From an uncultured Planctomycetales bacterium (GTDB taxonomy: Bacteria > Omnitrophota > Gorgyraeia > Gygaellales > Profunditerraquicolaceae): a stretch of 64,000 nt of DNA. The DNA lies in contig CAYPRG010000001.1 in assembly GCA_964413025.1 (NCBI GenBank), positions 464 through 64,463 on the forward strand. The letters run 5' to 3'. The position numbers and the translations under genes are program-made. Numbering within the stretch: the stretch's first letter is position 1; each line of letters begins with the position of its first letter. This document shows positions 1 through 13,100 of the stretch, one piece after another. The notes under the pieces are model-generated. The model had not been told where the DNA came from and ran no database searches. It saw nothing but the letters and a program-made list of their open reading frames with translations.

Positions 1-1150
1 CTCTATTTCCTTGACCGGGCCCTTCCATAATTCCCTTACTATATAATAGCCCTTCCTGGGGACGCGTTTATTAAGCCCGTTTTCTAATTCTTCAGATAGC
101 GTCACAATACCAAACCACTCCTCGTTCATATTTTTATTACCCTTTGCCAGGATATCATGGTAGTAGTTGCCATTGGACCAGTTTGATTCGGTATTATGCC
201 GCTTCCATCCTTCTGCGTTATTATCCACCTGCATAGATTCGTTATATTTCCACCACTCATCCGTCCATTCAAACATTATGCCGCCTAAACAATTACCCAC
301 GCCCTCTTTATTGCCGGCTAAATTCTCATAAATCTGGCGCCACTGCCATTCCAAAAAGTATGCCTGCATGTTCTGGTCTTCTTTATTTAAGTAGGCATCA
401 TAAGCGTCCGCGCCGAATTCCGCCACTATAAGAGGCTTATTAAAATCTGTCTTTAGGGATTTGAATAAATTTCCGAAAGTCTTACCACGATAAATCATAC
501 AGGCAATTAAATCAATATCTTTCGCAACAGAAGAGGCGATGTTTAAATATGTGAGTTCACAATTACCCAAAGCCACCGGATGGCTGGGGTCTATTTTATG
601 GATCTCTTTAGCCAGTTCATTGACAAAAGAATAATAGGCTTTAGCGCGCATCTCTATTTGTTTTGAGGGATTTGGCTCTTTGTCTATTTCGCTGTTGCAC
701 CAGGGCCTGAGCTGGCCGGAGAATGTACGGTTATTTTCATTACCCAGGATCCACATCAGGATTCCCGGCTCATCTTTGTAAAGATTAACCATTGCTAAAA
801 CTTCTTTTTTTACTTTTCCCTGGAAAGCTTTATCGTCATAACTGGGACAGGGCCCTTCCCACAATCCCACCCAGTTACCCAAGACAGTGCGGATACCAAA
901 AAGCTCGTAGAAGTCTTTGATTACCTGCTTTACTGCCTGGGGATTTTCCCCGGGGTTATAAATCCTTATTGTGTTTATCCCCATTTCTTTCATTAATTTA
1001 CCATCGACAAGCCAGGGTTTAGCCGGGTCAAGCCACCAGTCATATTCATGGTTCTGGCCTATAGGCACGGGGCTGTAACAAACACCCTTTACGATATATG
1101 GTCTACGCTCAACCATCAACTCGTAACGGCTGTCTTTGAACTTTTTGATA
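1..1150 (-). other. Domain: clan GH-A TIM-barrel glycoside hydrolase (GH2-TIM-like, possible beta-glucanase)
   Basis: KGVCYSPVPIG, NTIRIY, ILMWILGNENN (acid/base), LIVAEFGADAY (nucleophile), FEWTDEWWK, NMNEEWFGI. Confidence 0.8.
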
Positions 1151-4100
1151 TAGACATTTGACTTGGGTATGGAAGCCATACCCATCATAGCCATCAAAGA
1201 AAAGGAGAGGAACAAAACAAAACAGTATTTCCCGAACTTATGCAGCGGAGGAATATACTTTTTCACTTCTCCTTGCGGTTCCTTCTTATCCTGATTAGTG
1301 CCTTTAAAATCCCCCCTGCTCCTCTCAATCATAACCATACTGTTATGCAATTCAACTAAAGCATGGTAGCACTTTTGCTTAATCTCCTGATATAAAGAAG
1401 CTTCCATAGAATATTTTCCGGCAATATTAACCAGGTCTATCAATGTCTTTTCTATGCTTTCCAAACTCCCTTTATCCTCAAGGCATAAATTAGCAAATAC
1501 AGCCAGCTCCTTTACAGGCTTAATCATATTTTTGACAGCCCGGGAAACAAACTCTTCCCGGCTTAAGCCTGTCTTGCAATTTATTGAGGGTTCTGAAAAC
1601 AATTTCCTTAATTCATCCCCGGCGTTCATTAATCCCTTCAAAATCATAACCAACTCCTGCTTCAGCGAAGTAGTTATGTAATTAGCCAAATACAGGGAAT
1701 CATCCCCATAGACATCTTCAAGCGGCTCTTCGCTTCCGATGGCCTTAAATTTACGCTTCTGGCCCAACATGGAAGATTTAAATACCCTGGCCAGATTTTT
1801 AATTGCCGTCTCTTTATCAGGAGACTTTTCCCAGATGGTGATAATGCGGATCATCTGAGTGACCTCTCTGGGAGAGTATTTTAATTTTTTAAGGATACCC
1901 CTTACATCATCCCGTTTTTTCTCTTCGCGCCAAGTCAGGCTATCCGATACCGGGTGATAGGGTATGGCGCGGACTTGCTCCCTGGATAAACCCCGGATCA
2001 AGCCTGCTAATTCTTTCCTCGTCGGCCAAGGCGGACCGGTGAGTTTTCCGGAATCAACCAGGTATTTTACTATGGCTATTTCAAGGAGCGGGCGCATCCT
2101 TAACCTGTGGAACCCTTTGTATTCATCAGACCCTTCCTTAACACCCACCTCCGCCTCAAAGATTTCCTGCAAAGTAAGGAAATGAAAACCGGGGTCAATA
2201 TTGGGAGCGCGCGTGGCTTTATAAAATCCCTCTTTTTGCCCCAGGTAAAGCTGGTGTTCTTTTGTCGGGAATGAATTTTTAAGGTGTTCATATCCTGCCC
2301 TTTCACGGGCGATGTAATCTGAAATGGCCGAGAATAGCATGGAATCGGAGAGCGAAATAAATGCCGCCTGGTAGAAAAGCGCCCAATATAGATTAGGAGA
2401 ACCCCTGACCGCGTTAGACTTCTGTAAATATTCCAGGAAAATAGTGTTAAAGGCATCCTGGCGGGTCTTTATCCCCTCTACCCCTTCCATTTGAGACTTA
2501 ATATAAAGCAGGCGGTAATCCTGCATGAATTTAGCCAGGAGTTTACCGGCCACAATCCTATCACGAAAAATCTCAAAGACTTCTTTTGCCTGTTTAAGTT
2601 CTTCGCTGCCAACGATCCCCCTCTGGAATCTCCTGCCGATTTCTCCTAACGGGTTAAGCAAACAATTAAATTCCGGCTCATTAAAATAAATTTTATGCCG
2701 TATGTCAAAGAGGTCGTTGTAGAGGATTATCTTTGTCAATTTATAATGCCCGTAATTCAAATTTCTTAATATTTTTACGATCTTGCTCATCAGATAATCG
2801 TTCCTTGAGTCCACTTCCTGTCTCAACCTCTTTAGCCTCACTTCTTCTAAGCTTCGGATTATCTCTTTGCTTTGTCCGGCCCTTAAGGCGAAAAATGTCT
2901 GCGTCAGATGCAACAGCCCCTTGATTTGTTTAAATTTCCCCAATCCTAGAAGTTCTTTCGCATAGGAGAGCACAATACGGGCTAATTTCTTCTCCTCGCT
3001 TCTGATGCCTTTTAACTGGGAGAGTAGTCCGTCAATTTCTTCCCCTATCCCGGGAGCATCCTCGTCGGAAAGGCCTATCAATCCTTCAAGCGCTTTCGCG
3101 CAACCTGTAAGCCAAGCTATTTCTTCAAGCTCCGAATCTATCTGATGATCCTGGGCCCGGAATGCTACCCAAAGATTTTCATAAGGGATATATTTATAAG
3201 CCAAGACGGCGCTGCGGCTAACTTCCATTTTTGAATAAACTCTCTCCCGCACCAGATACTTGGAGTCTCTTACCATCAGCCAGCTGCCATCCCCTTCCTG
3301 ATTAATACGTTTTACCAAAAGCCTGTCTTTTTCTTTTTGAATGCGCACGATTGCCGATACCAAAAGAGTATTGGCTGCAGTTTCATTAGGAGAACGTTCC
3401 CCCTGCTTGTCAGTTCTCTCCAAGAAAGGCAAAGCCCGCCTGGCTTGAGTGGTTATGTCCTGCGGGATTTTGAGCATCCTGAAGTAAGGTAATTTTTTCC
3501 TCATTTGAGCTGTGACCGCGTCAAGCTCCTTAAGCACAGAAAGGCTTTCACCTTTTTTCTTTGAAGCCATTCTTCTGGCCTCCAGGATATATATTTTAAG
3601 ATTCCAAGACATAACTGATTCGTGCAGATTCTTCAAAGCGGCGATATATTCCAAACGGAAACGATTTGCCTGGGCCCGGATAGCTCTTTCTTCGGTAAAA
3701 TATAATTCATGAATGTCGATTGAAGATACAACCCATCTTCTTGCGGCAGGTTGATATCCCAAACTGATAAGAATAGCATCAATTTTTTCTCTCTCTTCTT
3801 TATTCCAACTCTTGTTATCAGCTACAACATAAGTAGCAACCATTTGTTTTTGTTCTGGGGTCAAAGCAAAAATTAATTTTTCTATGCCTTCTCTTTTGGG
3901 CGGGCCGGTAAGCTTGCCTGATTCAAATAAATACTTCACCAAAGCTATTCTGAAAGTAATCTTACCCAATCTCTCAAACGCGCAAGATATGTAAGGCTCG
4001 TCTTTATATTTTAAAGCCGCGTCAAACATGGCCTGGGCTTTGATAGGATGCATGTTTTGCGAAAGGATATCTCTACTTCCACACAACGCCTCTTCAAAGA

Positions 4101-7100
4101 CCTTGCCGGGTTCTGTTTTAAGGAAACGCTTTACCGCTTTGGTAAAGCTCTTTTGTTTCTTTATCTTCTCCCAATGATAGAGGACCTTCTCTCTGCTGTA
4201 GTGAGCTAAAAACATCACCCTCTGGAAAACTAGTTGCCGTTTTTCCTCTGAAGCGCGCTTCTTCCTTAAAAGCACCCGAATGTGCCACTTAAATGTTTCA
4301 CCCTGAGCGGGAAATACAAAACCAGCCTTACAGCCGCTCTTGAACAGGCTGGGGTTATCCCGCATTACTGCGGAAACGGTAATACTGTGCCATTTGAATC
4401 TTTTTGCCCAAGCCTCGACTACATCTTCCCGGGTGGAATAGTCAATGTGTCTATCGATTTTTGCTATTCCGAAATCAATAAAACCGAAACGCCGCACTGC
4501 GGCGCTGTAAAGGGCAACGTTTTCTTGCTGTAATTTCCAATAAGTATTTTCTTTACCGCTATTGTGCCTCTCTGCCAGCGCACGCTTGACCATGCTAGGG
4601 GCGTGATATTGGAAAGAAGCCCTGCTAAGAGGCCTTAGAGCGGCCAATTCCAATTCATCCTTATTATCAGTTAATTGATATGCCTGAGATAACCTCTCAA
4701 CTTCCTGCAATAAGAATTGTGTTCTTTTTTGATACGAGGCAAGAGACTTAAACGCTTCTTGGTTACTAATCAGGTAATTTTTTAATTCTCCGGATGCTTT
4801 TTTAGCATTTTCGTCTCTAATAACCGCGGTACGCACCAACTCCATCCAATTTACTAAATGTTTGACCGTGCCGCCATTCTGCGCGTTTAAACGGAAATTC
4901 TTATACACCTGCCAGGCCTTCTTCATCCTGGATTGCAATGAAGCCTGAGAATTTTCGTTTTCCCATTTCTTATATTCTTCAACCGCTTTATCTAATCGCG
5001 ATGGCGAAAGCGGCTTTTCCATCTTTATCCCGAAAACAGCATATAAGGCCCAGTAAAGAGCGGGGTTTTTCTTGTTTAAGATACTCGGCTTATCTACCCC
5101 TTCCTTGGCTAAAGCCATCCTGGCGGTTCCTGGAGTGGGATATTTCGGGAATACGGTACTCATCGGCCGCAAGACGGCAAATTCTAACTTATCCTTTTCT
5201 CCCTCCCCGTCCCCGTATTTCAAATCATATGCGCCGGAGATTCTTTCGGTTTCCTGCATCAGGAATCTTATTCTTCCAATATAAGACATAGACTCAAACT
5301 GTTTTTGATTCTCTAAAAGATAAAGCCTGGTTTCTCTTATCGCCCTCTTCGTATTCAGGTTCTTTATAAGAAGAATATTGACCATATCCATCCAAGTCGC
5401 CCATTGATTGGCCAAGCCGCCGTTTTGATGTCTAAGACGGTTGCTTCTATATAACTCCCATAATTTCTTTATCTTTATTATTAAAGCCGCGCCGGCATTC
5501 TTCTCTTCCCAGTTTTTATAGGCAACTAATATTTTCCTGAACGCCAAAGATTCACCACCGCATAAATCAATATCCAATAACCAGGCAGCCCTGTTCAAAA
5601 CCGCATCTTCGCGCATTCCGGCTTTAATAAATTCTTCTATTGTCACTCCCGGAGTAAGATACCTGGAGAACCTTCCATAAAGAGGGCGAAAAGTAGCAAT
5701 CTCTAATTTATCTTTTTCTCCTTCTTTATTGCTGTATTTTAATCCGTATTTCTGGGATAACTCTCCAGTCTTACTGATTAAAAATATTATCTTATTCTTG
5801 TAAGACAACCTCATGAAGTAGCCGCTGTTCAACCCCAGAAGCAGGATCATCCTTTGCGCGGCTTTCCTGGTCGCAGGTTCAGAGATGAGTGTCTTGTTGA
5901 TTAAGGCCGTCCAAATCACCCATTCATAAATAGGAGTATGGTAGCCATTCAGTTTATTAATTAAATAGAGCTCATAAACTTTTTTTGCTTTTTCCAATAA
6001 AGGCAATTCTCTATTATCCTTCTCCCAAGATTCATATTGAGCCACTGCCCTATTAAAAGCCTCCGAGGGTTCAAAATTTTTGTTCAGTAAGAATATTTTA
6101 TTTGCTGCCCTGCAGAGGCGGACCGTAAAATAAGCGCCGAAATATCCGGCGCTAATCTTATCGCTATCAGCCAATCGCTGCATCGCCCTCCATAAGGCTT
6201 TACCGAATCTACTGTCTAATCCCTTCTTCTGGGCTACGGCTTTAATGTGCCGGGCAACTGCCGGAGTGAACTCCTTATCGGACATAATCAAAGTCAACGC
6301 CCTGGCCAATCTTGCCAGAGGCAGGCGATTGGACTTTTCGGCTAAGATATCCACGGCTTCCCGCAAGGCATCTTCTACGTTAAACGCTTTGTTAATAAAG
6401 GCATTACCAACGGATTTGTTCTTTGAGCCATAAATCTCCAGCATCCTTCTTGCCCTCTTGATTGCTTTTGCCTCTATCTGCCTGATCCTTTCCCTGGTCA
6501 AACAGAGCAATTCTCCTGTTTCTTCAAGAGTCTTCGTCTGGTTAGCATCACCGCCTAATCCGTAACGCAAGGCTAATACAACCCGCTCATCGTTCTCTAA
6601 CTTTAAAAGCACGCCGCCTATATTTTCTTTTATTATAGCCTGACAGGCTTTCTTTTCGGGAGAGGCGAATGTGTTTTGTTCGATGAAACTTCCCCGGCTA
6701 TCTTCGCTTTCCTGGCTGACCGGAGCATCCAATGATATAGGGTCGCGGATTGCAAGGAGTTTCTTGATTATTTTTCCGGGTAGCTTCATTATCCTGGCCA
6801 GCTCTTCAAAGGTAGGCTCTCTCCCATGTTCCTGAACGAACTTCTGAGAAATCTTTTCTAATTTAAACTTCTTCTCCAACATAAACACCGGTACTCGTAT
6901 TGTATGGGCTTTTTCCGATAATGCCCGGGTAATTGCCTGGCGTATCCACCAAGCAGCATAGGTGGAAAATTTATTACCTCTCTTATGATCAAATTTTTCA
7001 ATAGCCGGAAACAAACCCAGTCTTCCATAGGCAAACAGGTCTTCGAATGCCATAAAACGGCCAAGGTATTTTTTAGCCTTATTGCCCACTAATCCCTGAT

Positions 7101-10100
7101 TACACACTACAAGGCAATCGGTAATGGTTTTTATTTCTTCGGGGGCCTTTGTAGAACGCAAAGCCATAAATAATTCAAATTCTTCTTCTCTGCTTAAAAT
7201 ATAGCGGCCATTCATATAAATAAGATTGGCCAGTATCCTCCTGGCTAAACTTAAGCCGTCTTCCCGGATATTCTCTAAAAGGTTTGTTGCTAAATATTCT
7301 GCTTCTTTTACATCTTCTCTACCGCCTATAAAATGCTTTTCTTCGTGCTCAAACAGCTTTATTAAAAGGTTTTCTTGGTTTAATTGGGTAAATCTGGTTA
7401 TTAGATTTAAGGGAATAAAAATCGTGGAATTATAGGTGCAGGCGGCTAAAAATCTTTCATTATTCTCATACCAAAGTAAACCCGGAGGGCCCTTTGATTT
7501 AACATCTGAATCGGGAAGGACTAGATAAATATTATCTTTACTCAACCACTTCAATATCTGCGGAGTAAGGACTAGCTGTGCTTTCTTATCCTGCGGTAAA
7601 TCCTTATAGCGGAAAAGGCGGTTCTCTTTCCGGGCTTTAGAGATGACTTTCTTTGTTCTCTTCTGAGCTTTCTCATCCACCGCGCCCTCTTCGGTGTAAA
7701 TGCCTGAGCCACAGGCAGAAACAGAATCAGCCAGATAGTCATCTAACCTTAACGTTCCGATTAAAGAATGCCACTTGCCCATCGCGTATTTTACGCAACC
7801 GCTCTTTAGGATATCTTTACCTGTGGGATTATCCTGATAAATCTCACCAGCAAAGAAAGGCTTTTTGATTATGGAAGAGGTATCTTTGAAACATTCGACA
7901 ATCAATTCAAAACAGTAGAAATCTATACGATGCTGCAGGAGGTTATGGGCAAAGGCAACCCTACCCAGACCTGTCAGCCTGAATAAACTGCGCCATAGCA
8001 CACCCCAGCCAAATCCAACTATAGCTGGCCAGTCATATTTGCGGCCTATCAGATTTTCTGCGCGGCTACAAGCTGTCTGCATAGCATCCTTATATTCATC
8101 TGCATCCTTAAATGCCTCCTGCTTAAGACGCACCACCGTTAAGCTGGAATTTTTATTTTCTAAATAACCGATTTGTTTTAAATATTCGGCTAATCTTTGT
8201 TTAATCACGCCTCTACCCAAAGCATGGACAATCCATCTCTTGCCTATATTTAGAACTCCATGGTTAACCGGGCTCTGGGTTGAGATCCTGATTAAATTGC
8301 TAAAGCTAAAGAATCCGTCGCTCTTAAATAAAGAAATATCTCCTTTGTTCAGTTTTAAAGCAATATAAGCAACTTTTATTTCCTTAAGCAGCCTCAAAAC
8401 ATTTTGCACATGGCCATAGTTTATCTTGCCAATCTTTTTCTCCTTTATCTCTCTCAACTTCAAAATAAGCTCAAGTAATCTATCTTCTAAAACATCGCCG
8501 GGCTTCCTGTCTGAAAACCCAATCACAATAGCCTTGATTTGCTGCCTTAATACTTTAGCTGAGGCACCTTGTAACCCTCGGGAGAGATGATTGAAAAGAA
8601 AATCCACATCGCCCTGCTCAATCCGTCTCTTAACCTGTTCTATATTCGCCATACCGCCTTCTTTAAAGGGCACGGAGAGCTTAATATTATTCTGCCCAAG
8701 ACGAAATAAACCATATCCCCAGGCGGGGAGTGTAACTACCATTTTTTCTTGGTCGATAACAAACTGAACATCCTCCGAACAAAGTTTCGACGTAAGTTCG
8801 CCGTTTATTTTCTCAGGGACGTTCGGCTCTCCTTTATAATAATTAAAAATACTGTTAAAATTAAGGCTAAGGCGCACCGGATAAAGCGAATGATTGACAA
8901 GAACTACGGCGTCTTCCTTATCCAAGTGCCGCACAAAAGGCACAACCCCGGTATCTTCTATGCCGACTTCTTTTCCACAAAAATCTATTTTTTCTAAGAA
9001 AGCGCTAAAGAATCTTCCTTTACGAAAAACAGGATGGGACACGAATTTAATCAACTCAACAAGCGGCTTAACCACCATAGAATTGTCTTTTAAAACATCC
9101 GGGTATGAAAACTGATATATGCCCGCGTCTGGATTCTTCATCTCCATACGCGCTCCCTCAGGGATTCTCATGCCGAGAATCTGACGTAGAGGAATAAGTT
9201 TATGCCCGGGGATGGCATAGGTAACCACCGCCGCGCCCATAAGGCGCTCCATAGAGCCGAAAGCGTCTATTGCCGGAGGCTCATCGTGATCCTCAATAAA
9301 ATGAGTGCAGTGCCTTAAAAATTCTTCCTTATGCTCACCCATAAATAAATATCCCCTCAAAGATGCAATATTCCCTTCTCTAAGTAAATCATAAAGGTGC
9401 TTATCATAAGGAAGCATTCCGCATTTCTGCAGCGTATCATGCGTTCCGTAATCGTAAGTTTCGGCAGGCATCAGCATTTTCGGATACTCTCTGCGGGCTT
9501 CCTCCCAGAATTCATTAGGCATCGTTTTCTGGAACTCTTCCCAGCTTACGCCCAAAGGAGCAATCCAGGTCTTCCAAACATGCTCCCTTAACCCCAAATG
9601 TGCCAAGTCCGCCCTGAATCCACCGTTACAAGTTAGATAGGCGATTTTTCTCATAACTTTTTTTATCATAAATCTACGGGCTCTCTCATCAAAATAATTT
9701 ACCTGAGCAAGATTTATCATAGACGGATCTTGCTCAAAGGGAGCGTTTTCCCGGGCGTGCATAAAGATAAGATCGGATCCGTTATGCCGCGAGAATGAAC
9801 GGCGATCACCTTCCATAAAAACTTTTAACTGCTCATCGCAAAGCCCTCGTGACCAATTAGGAAAATATTTTCGCACTAACTGAACAAACCGATTGTAATC
9901 TCCGCTGATCACCAGGCCGGGGGCTTTCTTAAGCAACGGCGAATCAGCGGCGATATGGTTAGTCACAAAATCAACAATCACCCTCATGCCCTTGGATTTC
10001 AAATTTTTGGCTACTGCCCGGAAATTACCATCATTGCCGGCAATCTTCGGATTTATGCGGTATCTATATACATCGTAACCGGAAGGTATTCTTTCCAGGG

Positions 10101-13100
10101 TCTCATTGTGTTGCTTGCTCCAATTTTGCATGAGTTTTTCTGAAAGCTTGCTCTCCTGCCATACCGCTTTCATCCATACAACACCGATACCCAACTCAGA
10201 AAGCCATTTCCAGAATCCCGCGGGCACCTTATTTATAATCCCGTAAGTGTCGCTTAAAGCGCGACCGTCAATTTCGGTGATTATCTGCGTAGATTCATCA
10301 GCCGGCCTGCGTAATTCACTGCTCAGGATAGTTATGGTAGATATTCTTTTCAGCTCGCGGATATAATTTTCATCAATCTCCACGATATCTTTTAATTCCT
10401 CGACGCCGGAAAGGAATACTTCTAATTCTTTTCTGTGGTCTCTATAATAAATATAAGCCTTGTGGCAAGCGCGCTTATGCGCTTCTTCTGGGGTGCAATG
10501 CAATTCTTCTAACTCTACTGATTCATGGAGTTTAAGATCGGGGAGTATTTTTTGCAGGCGGGGATCTTTAAGCAGCCGATGGATAACAAATACCAGAATA
10601 TCTTCAAATCTTTTGATTTCAAAAAGTTTTCCATTGCTGTCGCCAATAAGCTCAAACCGGGTTTTTACCCGCGGAGGGGCATGGACTAAAATACCTTCCA
10701 GCAACTTAGATATTGCCGGATCCGGCTCTTCTTTTTCCGAAAGCACCTCTGGTTTTTTGATTTCTTTTTTCGCTTTGCCATAGTAACTGCGGAGGCTAAG
10801 AGAGATGTTTCGCCCAGAATCAAAAACCGCCTCTTCTTTATCTATCCCGACATAAATAGGGTGGTATACTTTCGTGTGGAACGGTATCTGTTTCCTCATC
10901 TTATATTCTAACAATTCATCCCTTGTTGCCGAACTTGCGTCTTTGCGGAATATCTCCCACACACACTCGTGAGCATATTCTTCAAGCTCGCCGTTTTTGG
11001 TATTAAATATAAAACTCCTGGGAAGCGTACCCTGATATCGCGAATCATGAAGCAAAGTTTCTTTTATAAAGTCATCCTCTAAATTAAAATTATCGGTCAG
11101 CCATATATGTATAACTTCTTCTTTACCGGGCTTGGTTTTTATTGCCGCGAACATCTCATATATCAAGGTAAAAAGGTCAAAATTATTATTAATGTGGGCA
11201 GCCGCCGCCTCTTTGGTGGCAGGATTGTACATCAATATGCCTCTGCAGGTAGCAATACCGTAACTGGCTAATTTATAATTCTCATCATAAGCATTAGTCA
11301 CCGCCCATTCTCCCTCAATCGCTACCGCGGTATTATCAAAAGGCCTGATCTCTACGTCAAATTCCCTGCGGTCGACCCCGGGATATACCCAGAAAGTGCA
11401 AGCGTACCCCCAAGGAAGACAGTCTGTTTTTCTCCTCCAAAAAATATTTGTGCTATTGAGAAGGTCAGCTATCTTCTCTGTTAACCTGCTGGAAAAATCT
11501 TCTTCTTTTACAAGAAGCCATATCCTGTTCTTGTCCTTCCGGACGACCTCTAACCCGTTCGACGCCGCCAATGTTGGTAAAATAAACTGCCATTCTTTTT
11601 CTGAAACAGACATCTCAATATTTGCTTTTAATTCTGATCTGCCTTTCTTGATGGTTAATAAGCTGCCTATCATTAACCCGGCGGGAAATAAGGTAGGCGA
11701 GTGATTATAGAACAAGACAACCGCGGCCAAGAAAGCTAAGCATAAAAAGATAATCAAGGGGGAGAATGCCTGGCCGGAACGGTTGCCCAATGAAGCGCTC
11801 CTACGCACCAGAGCCTGTTCCATATTCTGCCTTATTTGCGGTTCGATCTTCGCATAGTCAAGGAAAGAGAAATCCGGTTGCCTGTCTTTCAAGTAAAGGC
11901 CGTGTATCTTCGAAGAATCTACCGCCGTCTGGATCATTGCTTCTGATATATAATCCGGGTCGTCTTTATATTCAAAAAGCTCAATTCCGACTTCAGCAAG
12001 GCGCCTTTTGATTTCTTCTTTTGGTACGGCCCTTAATCCTCCCTGATGGTTTATGCAGATATTCATTACGAATTGCGTATTCTTGACAAAATATTCAAAG
12101 AGAGCGCGCTTACCTAAGATTTCCTGCGGCCGGCGGGCTATCCATAAAGCCGCGGTCCTTAATGTTTTTAAACGCAGATAAACGCTACTGATACTACGCT
12201 CCATTATCTCTCCACAATTCATGCGGTATAATTCAACAGAGCCATAGAGCACCTTGCATCTATCGATATCCCTGTCGCATACAGTATTAAAACGGGATAT
12301 CCGCGGGAATATATACGCGGGTATAACATTTAAGGCCACTTCCTTTCCTTCTCTGCCCTGCACAAAAACCCTGCCATCTTTAAATGTTAAAGCCACCCCC
12401 TTCAATACTTTATATGCCGCATCTAAATCTTTTACTACCACCCAATTATCGAAGTCCGCGAATTCATTCTTCTCGCGGGCTGCCGAACCGTATAAGACCA
12501 CTGCTTTTAAATTATCCCCCAATCTTCGCTTAAGCCAATTTATATACCCATAACGCTCCTGTTCCCCCTGGGTAAGACAGGCATTCACAACGTATGTCTC
12601 TTCAGAAACGCAAGCCATAGGCAGAAGCTCAAGATACTTGATCATCCTCTTTTTTATCTCAATGAGCAGGCTCGTAGGATCATCCCTTGAGAAACGATAA
12701 GGCATAAAGGAGGCGTTTTCTCTACGTAAGAGCCCCAGAGCGATAAGCATCGCGGTTATTCTGTTATACACGTATATTTTATTGAGGAAGGTTTTATATA
12801 CGCCCCTGTTCTGGACAATATAGGAATCCATAGTGGCGATCCTCTGCGAGATCTCGGTCTGCAGCTGCAGTATTGCGCGCAATATTTTTTTTCTATAAAA
12901 TATGCCGTTGATGCCGGTCAGCGCGGATAATTTTTCTCTTCCAATATTCTGTTGAAGCTTATTTACTACTGAAGGTAAATATACCGCGAAGTTCCTGATT
13001 TCATCCACAGTCCAGGGTAACGGCAGGGTATCTTCCGGGGTTGTCTTAAGAAGGCCCTTTAGATATGAAGCGGTGGGAGAACCTTTTATAATAATCGTCC

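Noticed and set aside
2100-2456. 118-aa minus-strand ORF
   Set aside because: It is an alternative frame with no clear RBS, and the giant frame is protein-like here (it leads into the SGKLTGPP module)
6858-7064. Minus-strand 68-aa ORF (likewise 47679..47867 and 62183..62371)
   Set aside because: Each overlaps conserved cores of sigma-70, GT20 or the synthase out of frame
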